NCBI GenBank assembly: GCA_021107195.1
Contig: JAIOTF010000013.1
Coordinates: forward strand, 1 to 50,463
DNA: 50,463 nt
From: Anaerolineaceae bacterium
GTDB lineage: Bacteria > Chloroflexota > Anaerolineae > Anaerolineales > Anaerolineaceae
Direction of reading: 5' to 3'
The notes under the pieces are model-generated. The model had not been told where the DNA came from. It was given only the letters and a program-made list of their open reading frames with translations, and made no database searches. The translations under genes were made by a program, and so were the position numbers. Positions 35,245-43,010 of this stretch are shown piece after piece; position 1 is the first letter of the stretch, and each line of letters begins with the position of its first letter.

Positions 35245-36351
35245 ATGCCATATCCTCTAAAACTGGACTTGCTCCACGGCAGCCTGGAATTTCCTGCTTA
35301 TCTTCCTGATGCCACTTTTGGCGTCGTTCGGGCAGTGGATTCAGTGGATCTGGAGGACAGCCAAATCCAGGCCGTGGTGATGAACAGTTTTCATCTCATG
35401 CAGCGTCCGGGTTCCTCCACAGTGACTGCTCTCGGCGGGCTGCATAAGATGAGCGGTTGGCAGCACCCGATCATTACCGATTCGGGTGGATTTCAAGCTT
35501 ATTCCCTCATTCGTCAGAATCCAAAATTTGGCAAGCTCACCGAAAAAGGTCTTGTTTTCCAGCCTGAGGGCAGCTCGCGCAAATATCAGTTAACCCCCGA
35601 GAAAAGCATTCAGCTTCAGCTCAGTTATGGCACGGATGTTGCCATTTGTCTCGATGACTGCACTCACGTCGATGCCCCGTATGAAGAGCAATGTCTTTCT
35701 GTGGAGCGCACTATTGCCTGGGCGCGCCGCAGCCGGGATGAGTATGACCGTCTTATGGCACAAAAGAATCTGCCCGAAGCACAGCGCCCCCTATTGTTTG
35801 GTGTCATCCAGGGCGGCGGCGAACCTGAACTGCGCCGCCAATGCGCCGAAGCTTTGCTTGAGATTGGCTTTGATGGCTATGGCTTTGGCGGTTGGCCCCT
35901 GGACGGCGAGGGCAATCTGCTTACTGACATTCTTGCTTACACCCGCTCCCTCATTCCCGAAGAATATCCAATCCATGCGCTGGGAATCGGTCACCCCAAG
36001 AATGTCCTCCAGTGTTACGAGTTAGGCTATGGCATTTTCGATTGCGCCATGCCCACTCGCGATGCGCGTCATGGCCGTCTTTATACCTTTGTCCATCCGG
36101 CGGATGGCCCTGGGGCAGGTCTGGACGGTGATTGGCTTAAGTATCTCTACATTAATGACAAGCAGCATATTCGCGACAGCCGCCCTGTGCATCCTTACTG
36201 CGATTGTTTAGTCTGCCGTAATTATTCACTGGGTTATTTACGCCACTTATTCAAGATGAACGATAGTCTTTATCACCGGCTCGCTACGTTGCACAATCTG
36301 CGCTTTATGACTCAGCTTATGCAGCGCATTCGGACGAGATTTCATGGCTGA
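35245..36351 (+). CDS. tgt: TGT-family base-exchange enzyme (tRNA-guanine transglycosylase-like), divergent from canonical bacterial Tgt
   Basis: ORF 35218-36351; ATG is at 35245. Conserved TGT motifs: ITDSGGFQ, LDDC, GVIQGG, IFDCAMPTRDARHG, and the zinc site CDCLVCRNYS...LHNLRF. Non-canonical motifs: YLPDAT instead of FMPVGT, GFGGWPLDGEG instead of GGLAVGE, and ALGIGHP instead of LMGVGKP. Confidence 0.8.
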   Translation: MPYPLKLDLLHGSLEFPAYLPDATFGVVRAVDSVDLEDSQIQAVVMNSFHLMQRPGSSTVTALGGLHKMSGWQHPIITDSGGFQAYSLIRQNPKFGKLTEKGLVFQPEGSSRKYQLTPEKSIQLQLSYGTDVAICLDDCTHVDAPYEEQCLSVERTIAWARRSRDEYDRLMAQKNLPEAQRPLLFGVIQGGGEPELRRQCAEALLEIGFDGYGFGGWPLDGEGNLLTDILAYTRSLIPEEYPIHALGIGHPKNVLQCYELGYGIFDCAMPTRDARHGRLYTFVHPADGPGAGLDGDWLKYLYINDKQHIRDSRPVHPYCDCLVCRNYSLGYLRHLFKMNDSLYHRLATLHNLRFMTQLMQRIRTRFHG

Positions 36352-37153
36352 TACTGCTCGCCTGGAGGAGCTGGTGATTGCCGTACGCCGCGGCACCCGC
36401 TACCGTACGATCCATGAAGACCTTATACGCCGGGTGGGAGCGCGGGAACTGGAGAAACGTTCCAGTTTCAAGGAAGCCGTCAAAACCACCCGCAGCAAGT
36501 TGCATCAGATTGGTGGAGCTTATCTTGAGAGCGGTGCTTCTTTTGATGGCTGGCGAGACAAACTTGCTGATTTGCCACCTTCAGCTACAGATCCCCTTGT
36601 GCTGAAATTTTGCCGTCAGGCAATGGCGCAGCATGCTTCCACACGCGAACGAATACCCATTCTGGAAGAGTTCTTCCATCAGGTACTGGCACCGTTGGGG
36701 GAGATACATTCTGTACTTGATTTGGCTTGCGGTCTCAATCCCCTTGCCCTGGCCTGGATGCCTCTTGCAGACGATGTTGTTTACCATGCTTGTGATATTT
36801 ATCAAGATATGCTCGACTTTGTCAGCCAATTCCTCAGTCACTGCGGCGTTGAAAATCACATCTCGATGTGTGATTTGTCCGTCGCCTGTCCGCCGCAAAC
36901 TGTGCAGGTGGCCTTTTTGTTAAAAACCATTCCTTGTCTGGAACAGTTGGATAAATCCATAGGTCTCCGACTGCTGGATGACATTTCCGCGGAGCATCTT
37001 CTGGTCTCTTTTCCCGCCCGCAGTTTGGGCGGACGGGCCAAAGGCATGGTGCAAAATTATGAAAATCATTTCAATCAGCTTGTTGCAGGGCGTGGTTGGG
37101 AGATTCAACGTTTTGAATACAGTACAGAGCTGGCCTTTCTGGTCAGCCGGTAA
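36344..37153 (+). CDS. FmrO/Arm/Rmt/Kgm-family 16S rRNA methyltransferase (m7G1405 class), copy 1
   Basis: Motifs HASTRERIPILEEFF, SVLDLACGLNPLAL, YHACDIY, AFLLKTIPCLEQ and VSFPARSLGGRAKGM. From memory, these align with ArmA HSSTNERVATLNDFY, SILDFGCGFNPLAL, YHAYDID, VFLLKMLPVLKQ and ISFPIKSLSGKEKGM. It overlaps the tgt-like stop by 8 nt. Confidence 0.8.
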   Translation: MADTARLEELVIAVRRGTRYRTIHEDLIRRVGARELEKRSSFKEAVKTTRSKLHQIGGAYLESGASFDGWRDKLADLPPSATDPLVLKFCRQAMAQHASTRERIPILEEFFHQVLAPLGEIHSVLDLACGLNPLALAWMPLADDVVYHACDIYQDMLDFVSQFLSHCGVENHISMCDLSVACPPQTVQVAFLLKTIPCLEQLDKSIGLRLLDDISAEHLLVSFPARSLGGRAKGMVQNYENHFNQLVAGRGWEIQRFEYSTELAFLVSR

Positions 37154-37159
37154 GAGAAC

Positions 37160-37996
37160 ATGATAAAGCTCACTGAACAGCAGCAGGAAGACCTGGCGGC
37201 CCAAATTTTCCAATCCCGTAAATATCGCGGTTTGAATATTCCACTCGCCACCGTGCAAAACCTGTTGACACAGGAAGCAGACAAGCATTCTTCCACCCGT
37301 GCCCTGGTCAAAGCCGTGCGGCACAAAATGCATAACATCGTTGCCCCCTATCTGGGCGATCCTGAATACAGCATGGCCGAGCGTTGTCTGCAGAAAGCTT
37401 TTGATAAACACGATCCTGCGGAGGTTCGTCTGGCTTGCTCACGCCTGATGGGGGCGCACGCTTCCACGCGGGAGAGGCTGCCTGTGCTTCAGGAGTTTTA
37501 TGATGCTATTTTTTCTACCATCGGTCGTCCGTCGGTGATCCTTGATCTCGCATGCGGCCTGAATCCACTAGCCTATCCCTGGATGAATTTACCCCTTTCC
37601 ACCCAGTATTGGGCCTATGACCTTCACCAGCCGCGGGTGGACATGCTCAACCGCTATTTTGGATTGCAAGGCTTGCAGCCCCTGGCACGCCATCAAGACA
37701 TCCTCGTAGAGCCACCGCAGATTGAAGCAGACGTGGCCTTCTTTTTCAAAGAAGCCCATCGATTCGAACAACGCCAACGCGGCTGCAACCGGGCTTTTTG
37801 GCAGGCAGTCAATTCCCGGATGCTGGTTGTAACCCTGCCAGCCGTCAGCCTAACCGGAAAGCATCAATTGGCTGACCAGCAGCGCAATCTGGTGTACACT
37901 ACGATTGACGATTTGCCCTGGCATGTGACTGAACTGTGCGTTGGCACAGAATTGATCTTCTGTATTGAAAAAGGTTATGGCGCGAAGAAAGAGTAA
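37160..37996 (+). CDS. FmrO/Arm/Rmt/Kgm-family 16S rRNA methyltransferase (m7G1405 class), copy 2 (diverged paralogue)
   Basis: IFQSRKYRGL (compare ArmA ILESKKYENL), HASTRERLPVLQEFY, VILDLACGLNPLAY, YWAYDLH, AFFFKEAHRFEQ and VTLPAVSLTGK. It starts 6 nt after copy 1. Confidence 0.8.
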   Translation: MIKLTEQQQEDLAAQIFQSRKYRGLNIPLATVQNLLTQEADKHSSTRALVKAVRHKMHNIVAPYLGDPEYSMAERCLQKAFDKHDPAEVRLACSRLMGAHASTRERLPVLQEFYDAIFSTIGRPSVILDLACGLNPLAYPWMNLPLSTQYWAYDLHQPRVDMLNRYFGLQGLQPLARHQDILVEPPQIEADVAFFFKEAHRFEQRQRGCNRAFWQAVNSRMLVVTLPAVSLTGKHQLADQQRNLVYTTIDDLPWHVTELCVGTELIFCIEKGYGAKKE

Positions 37997-39473
37997 GCAG
38001 CAATCCCCATTGAGCAGCGAAGAGATCCTCGAACAACAGATGGAGCGATTCCAGCCTTTGCTGGATGAAAAAGAATGGCTGCGTATGCGCGCAGAGCTTC
38101 AAATGCCTCTCTATCAGGCAGTGCGGGCCAACCCATTGAAAGTTGACCCCCAGCAGGCTATTCAGCGATGGGTGCGCAATTATGATTGGACCATTGAGGC
38201 CGTGCCATTTTGCTCCACGGGCTGGTGGATTTCTTCCAGTCCACAGCCGATCAGCCATCCTGTGGAGCACCGGCTGGGTGAGTATTACATTCAAGACGCA
38301 GCTTCGATGATGCCGGTGGAATTATTTGATTTCCAGGAGCTTGAAGCTCCTCTCATTCTCGATATGGCCGCCTCGCCAGGTGGCAAGACGACCCACATTG
38401 TCAGCCGCACAGGCGACCGTGGTCTTGTCATCGCCAATGACTCAAGCCGTGACCGCATCACTGCTCTGCGCCTGGTGATGCAGTCCTGGGGGGCGATCAA
38501 TATCGCTGCGACCCATTACCCGGGTGAAAAATATGGAGTCTGGTTCCCTGAAACCTTTGATCGGGTCTTGTTAGATGCACCCTGTTCCATGCAGGGATTG
38601 CGTGCCACCGAATCGCATAACCTGCGCACTATTTCGCAAAAAGAGCTTCTTTCTCTGGCGCGCCGTCAGGTGCGCCTCCTCACCAGTGCATTGCGGGCGG
38701 TCAAGGTCGGCGGGCAGGTGGTCTATGCTACCTGTACCCTTTCCCCGGAAGAGGATGAAGCTGTTCTCGATGCTGTCTTAAAGCGCTTTGCCGGCGCAGT
38801 GGAAGTTGTCAATCTCTCGCATCAATTCTCTGGGATAGGCAAGGCGCTCCCTGGTTATGGTGACCAGTCTTTTGATCCCACCGTGCAGGGGGCTGCGCGC
38901 CTCTGGCCGCACCGTTTTGGGACTGCTGGTTTTTTCACCGCTTTGCTGACCAAGACAGCTCCTTTTCCAGGCAGGCAGGATTCTCCACCTGCACGTCCCT
39001 TTGAGCGCACCGGACTGCGCTGGTTGACTCGCTCTGGTGAGGATGCTCTATTGGGGAGGATGCAAGATATGTACGGCATCAATTTTGAACCGGTGTTGGC
39101 GCAACAGGGTTTGACATTGTGGCAGCGTAATCAGCGTATCTTTGCTTTACCAGAGGCCTACCTTGACCATTTTGAGACTTTGCCGTTTCAATTCCTGGGG
39201 ATGCTGGTGGGCGAAGAGACTCCTTCCGGTTTTGCACCATCCTTTGAGTGGGTGGCTCGTTTTGGCCGCCAGGCGACCACTGGTACAGTAATCCTGACGC
39301 TTCAACAGGTCAGCGCCTGGCTGCGGGGAGAAAATATTCCTGGTCGTTTTGGCGGTCAGGATGACCGCGGCAAGGTGTTAATTGTCGTAGATGAAACCAA
39401 ACGTTTGTTGGGGAGGGGCAGGGTGCTCTCGGATCGACTCAAAAACCTGACGCCACCCAGACTGGTCTACTAA
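37977..39473 (+). CDS. rsmF: NOL1/NOP2/Sun-family rRNA m5C methyltransferase, RsmF (YebU)-like
   Basis: ORF 37965-39473; ATG 37977 overlaps the upstream gene by 20 nt. Motifs YYIQDAASMMP, ILDMAASPGGKTTHI, DRVLLDAPCS and YATCTLSPEEDE. The C-terminal extension ends RVLSDRLKNLTPPRLV, resembling the E. coli RsmF tail (RIGSRLKNSYPRELV, from memory). Confidence 0.8.
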   Translation: MARRKSKQQSPLSSEEILEQQMERFQPLLDEKEWLRMRAELQMPLYQAVRANPLKVDPQQAIQRWVRNYDWTIEAVPFCSTGWWISSSPQPISHPVEHRLGEYYIQDAASMMPVELFDFQELEAPLILDMAASPGGKTTHIVSRTGDRGLVIANDSSRDRITALRLVMQSWGAINIAATHYPGEKYGVWFPETFDRVLLDAPCSMQGLRATESHNLRTISQKELLSLARRQVRLLTSALRAVKVGGQVVYATCTLSPEEDEAVLDAVLKRFAGAVEVVNLSHQFSGIGKALPGYGDQSFDPTVQGAARLWPHRFGTAGFFTALLTKTAPFPGRQDSPPARPFERTGLRWLTRSGEDALLGRMQDMYGINFEPVLAQQGLTLWQRNQRIFALPEAYLDHFETLPFQFLGMLVGEETPSGFAPSFEWVARFGRQATTGTVILTLQQVSAWLRGENIPGRFGGQDDRGKVLIVVDETKRLLGRGRVLSDRLKNLTPPRLVY

Positions 39474-39955
39474 CGCCGGAGTAATCTGATCTTGTTTTTT
39501 GCTGCCCAGAGTGAGAGTTTTGTCGATTTAACATTAATTTTTCCATTAAATCCAGTTATGGCGGCTCGGCGTGTAAGGAGGGTGTAAGGATGGGGATAGC
39601 TGAACTTTGTTGCTTTGGTGTATACTTAATAAAATCAACGTGACTGTAATTGGCGCATGACAATCGGCTTGAGATGCTTGGTCTTTCTATACAGATTGAG
39701 AGCACGACCATATTTCTCGCCAAGCTGTTAGTTTGGTAGGACGGTACTTAAACGTGGTTTGATTTTTAACCGCCAATCTACGTTAATTTCCGCTAATTTT
39801 TGGGTGTTTTAAGGCATTTTTCGACAAGATTAGCGAGAATTCGTGGTTTATTTGAAGATTAAGCAAGACTCCACGGTTAACTACCGTGATACCGTTAGTT
39901 TTTGATCCGTTGAAAAACAGTTTGACAGAAGATTTTCAGGATTTTGGTGGAAAAC

Positions 39956-41491
39956 ATGGCAAGTGACCACACCCAGGTTCGTCGCACAAACATCTTTGAT
40001 AAGTCCATCATGGTAGATCTGACGCACGCTGTGACGGAGATTACTTCCTGTTTGGAGCAAGAACAATTAATAAAAGCCAGTGCTACACACCTGATGCGTT
40101 TGTTGAATGCGGATGGATGTTTTGTTGCTGGATGGCATCCTGAAACCCAGGAAAATTTGGTCTGCAAGTTATTTGACCCCCCCTTTTTTCAAAAATCAGA
40201 CTATCAGTTTGATCCGTGCCTTCTTTTGCAAAGCCGGAGGCTGCATCTGGTTTTGCAAGAAGGCCGTATTTTGCAGGTCGATGTATCTGATTCTGCTCTT
40301 AGCGCGATTGAACGGCAAGTCTTTAGTGGTACTGGTATCAAAAGCATGTTGCTGTTGCCGCTGATAGCAGCCGATCGGTTTCAAGGTGCGATTGGGGTGC
40401 TGCATATACAAAAACCTCGTCTATATGATAAGCAGGACATTCTGGTCGGTTACCTCATTTCCAGCCAGGCTTCCACCTCATTATCCAACGCATATCTTTT
40501 TCAGGATTCGCGCCAACGCACCGAGGAGCTCGATGCCGTGCGCAAAGCTGCATTGAGTATTACAGCCAGTCTTGACTTGCAGCAAGTGCTGAACGCAATT
40601 TTGAAGAGCACGCTGGAATTATTGAGTGAAGTGGCAGACGCCCATATATTTCTGTATCAAAACGGAAAACTGATTTTTGGCGCAACCCGTTGGAGAGATG
40701 GACGTTCAAATGACCTTTGGGCGGAACCACGTCCTGGGGGGCTCACCTATACCGTTGCCAGACAGGGGGAAGAGGTCCTCGTTGAAGACATGCAGGATCA
40801 TCCGCTCTTCCCAAAAGATATTGTTGATTGGGAGGGGGCGATCATTGGCCTGCCGTTGAAGATTGGTCAGACCGTCGTGGGTGTGATGAATGTGGCCTGC
40901 CAGCAGCCGCGCAAGTTTTTGCCTTCCGAGCTGCGCATTCTCAAGCTGCTCGGCGATCAGGCTGCTATTGCCATTGAAAAAGCCCGTTTGCATCAATTGC
41001 TGGATCAGCAGGCACATACCGATGCTCTCACTGCTTTGCCCAACCGACGGGCCTTCATGGAACGTTTGGAGTTGGAAGTGCTGCGTTCCCGCCGTTACCA
41101 CCATCCATTTGCGCTGGCGATGATGGATATTAATCAGTTCAAGTCTGTTAATGACCGTTATGGTCATCCCGTTGGGGATTTGGTTTTGCAGCAAACAGGT
41201 AAATTTCTCCAGGATTCGATTCGCGACACAGATTTTGTGGCCCGTTTTGGTGGAGATGAGTTCGTCTTCATTTTCCCGGAAACGAATTTGGCCTCGGCTC
41301 AGATACTCTTCGGAAAGATCACTGATAGTTTTTCAAAATTCCCATTTAAGCTGCCTGACGATAAAGAGATCAAATTAACCACCGCGGTTGGTGTTTCAGT
41401 TTTTCCGGATATGGCCACGAATGGAGAACACCTGGTGCAGTTAGCCGATCAGGAGATGTATCAGCACAAGCGGAAGCTCAGTCAAGGTTAG
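39956..41491 (+). CDS. Diguanylate cyclase: GAF-GAF-GGDEF
   Basis: ORF 39944-41491; GGTGG lies 5 nt upstream of ATG 39956. Two GAF-like regions precede ALTALPNRRAF...GHPVGDLVL...RFGGDEFVFIF. The I-site RDTD lies 5 residues upstream of GGDEF. Confidence 0.9.
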   Translation: MASDHTQVRRTNIFDKSIMVDLTHAVTEITSCLEQEQLIKASATHLMRLLNADGCFVAGWHPETQENLVCKLFDPPFFQKSDYQFDPCLLLQSRRLHLVLQEGRILQVDVSDSALSAIERQVFSGTGIKSMLLLPLIAADRFQGAIGVLHIQKPRLYDKQDILVGYLISSQASTSLSNAYLFQDSRQRTEELDAVRKAALSITASLDLQQVLNAILKSTLELLSEVADAHIFLYQNGKLIFGATRWRDGRSNDLWAEPRPGGLTYTVARQGEEVLVEDMQDHPLFPKDIVDWEGAIIGLPLKIGQTVVGVMNVACQQPRKFLPSELRILKLLGDQAAIAIEKARLHQLLDQQAHTDALTALPNRRAFMERLELEVLRSRRYHHPFALAMMDINQFKSVNDRYGHPVGDLVLQQTGKFLQDSIRDTDFVARFGGDEFVFIFPETNLASAQILFGKITDSFSKFPFKLPDDKEIKLTTAVGVSVFPDMATNGEHLVQLADQEMYQHKRKLSQG

Positions 41492-41518
41492 GCCAGCCGT
41501 TTGAAAGGGGACAATGTA

Positions 41519-42847
41519 ATGAACAAGCGAGTCTTGTTTTTGATTTTTGGGGTCTTTTTGTTGATTTCCTGTTCCCCTTTATCAATACTTCTTTCAACAG
41601 AACAAACAGAATCTATAGAACCCAGCCTTCCCATTATCACGGCAACAATTCAGCCAAATATCAGCAGTAACACAGAGACAGAACCAACCTCCTCACCGCA
41701 AAAGTCTCCCACTCCCGCGCTGTTGCCGCCAGAGGATGAATCTCCTTTGCATGCAAGCTTTCCGTCTGATAAATTCCCCTCAGGGCAGATCGTTGGCCTG
41801 TGGGTTGATCCCCAGGGTAGTTTGTGGGTGAGCGGCAGTCAGGGTGTCTACCGCAGGGATGACGATGGTTGGCTTGCGCTCTATACCTCGCCGGCTGGGC
41901 AAATCCTGGGGCAGGATGATATTGGCCGGGTGTGGGTGCTTCTCGATGAGGGCAATCAGATTGCTGCCTATCGCGATGGTAATTGGCTTCTCTATGGCCC
42001 GGAGCGTGGTTGGCAGCCAGTTGCCTGGGGGGGGTATCTTTCACGCGGCTTTGGGGATGGCCTGGTCACTGATGATCAGGGCAGGCTGTGGCTGGCGACT
42101 GGCGGCGATGATTTGCGCCGGCTTGATCCAACCAATGGCCTCTGGACGCGGTTGACCGCCCGGCAGATAGGCTATCAACCCCCGCAGGAAGAAGGATATC
42201 AAGGTCATTTTTTGACCGATGTGGTCCGTTCAGACTCCGGAAAGATTTGGATTGCAAATTGCATCGGGATCGGCGAGTCGTTAGCTGGTCAGGGCATCCG
42301 CCGCTTCGATGGACAGAATTGGCAGGACACATCTTTTACTGAGGACGACTGTATCTTTGATTTGGAAGTGGGGGCAAGAGGGGTGGTCTGGGCGGGTGCG
42401 GTTGATGCCCTGCTGCAATACTCTCCCATTACCGGCTCCTGGTCGCGCATTGAACTGCCCTTGTGGGGCCGCTTCCAGGTCGTTGTGGATGTTACCCTCG
42501 ATGAACAGGGGCGTCCCTGGGTGGAGCTGCTGCGCGCCGGCGGCGCAAGTCTGGATGGTGGTGCAGCCCGCTATTATTTGGATGGAAATACCTGGATCCC
42601 TGTGTTTGAGCTTTCGGAATGGCAGCCGAACACGCTGGCGCTTGCCGGGGAGGGCACGGCCTGGCTTTTCCTGGACGGCATGCTGTATTATTATTCCAGT
42701 GATGGCTTGCAGGAGGTTGCTCCGGTGCCGGCCCAGTATGCTGATCTGGTTTTGGATGGCGGCGGAAGGCTCTGGATTGCGAGAATGCTGGCTGCCGATG
42801 GCCAGTTGTGGTGGTATGATCCGCCGCAGCCCGAGGAAGGATCATAG
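41519..42847 (+). CDS. Lipoprotein with an ~8-bladed beta-propeller of two-component-regulator-propeller (Reg_prop)-like repeats
   Basis: ORF 41501-42847; ATG is at 41519. Lipobox FLLISC. Eight repeats follow the pattern G(r/k).W(v/i/l)....g+.r.d...W (GSLWVSGSQGVYRRDDDGW, GRVWVLL.., GRLWLATGGDDLRRLDPTNGLW, GKIWIAN.., GVVWAGA.., GRPWVEL.., GTAWLFL.., GRLWIAR..). Confidence 0.7.
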   Translation: MNKRVLFLIFGVFLLISCSPLSILLSTEQTESIEPSLPIITATIQPNISSNTETEPTSSPQKSPTPALLPPEDESPLHASFPSDKFPSGQIVGLWVDPQGSLWVSGSQGVYRRDDDGWLALYTSPAGQILGQDDIGRVWVLLDEGNQIAAYRDGNWLLYGPERGWQPVAWGGYLSRGFGDGLVTDDQGRLWLATGGDDLRRLDPTNGLWTRLTARQIGYQPPQEEGYQGHFLTDVVRSDSGKIWIANCIGIGESLAGQGIRRFDGQNWQDTSFTEDDCIFDLEVGARGVVWAGAVDALLQYSPITGSWSRIELPLWGRFQVVVDVTLDEQGRPWVELLRAGGASLDGGAARYYLDGNTWIPVFELSEWQPNTLALAGEGTAWLFLDGMLYYYSSDGLQEVAPVPAQYADLVLDGGGRLWIARMLAADGQLWWYDPPQPEEGS

Positions 42848-42922
42848 TTCCTCTTCTGTGCCCAGGTGGGTGGTATTGTATTCCCGATGTGTAACAGTGA
42901 CCAAACTGTCTGCGGGGCTTTC

Positions 42923-42952
42923 TTGACAAATTGCAAGCGGGACGTATATACT
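42923..42952 (+). promoter_or_regulatory. Strong sigma-70-type promoter upstream of the SPFH-like operon
   Basis: Consensus TTGACA at 42923-42928. TATATA/TATACT follows at 16-18 nt spacing (42945-42952), about 55 nt upstream of the first CDS. Confidence 0.6.
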
Positions 42953-43010
42953 GATTTAGGCTACGTGAGTTTTGGCAGCATTCTCTCTATAGAGTTCTTT
43001 ACAGGTGGGT

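Noticed and set aside
36344-37996. Interpreting the Rmt/FmrO-type genes as the self-resistance part of an aminoglycoside biosynthetic cluster.
   Set aside because: No 2-deoxy-scyllo-inosose synthase-like or other aminocyclitol pathway genes are adjacent. The only DegT aminotransferase and sugar oxidoreductase in the window lie about 25 kb away, in a WbpABDE-type envelope-sugar context.
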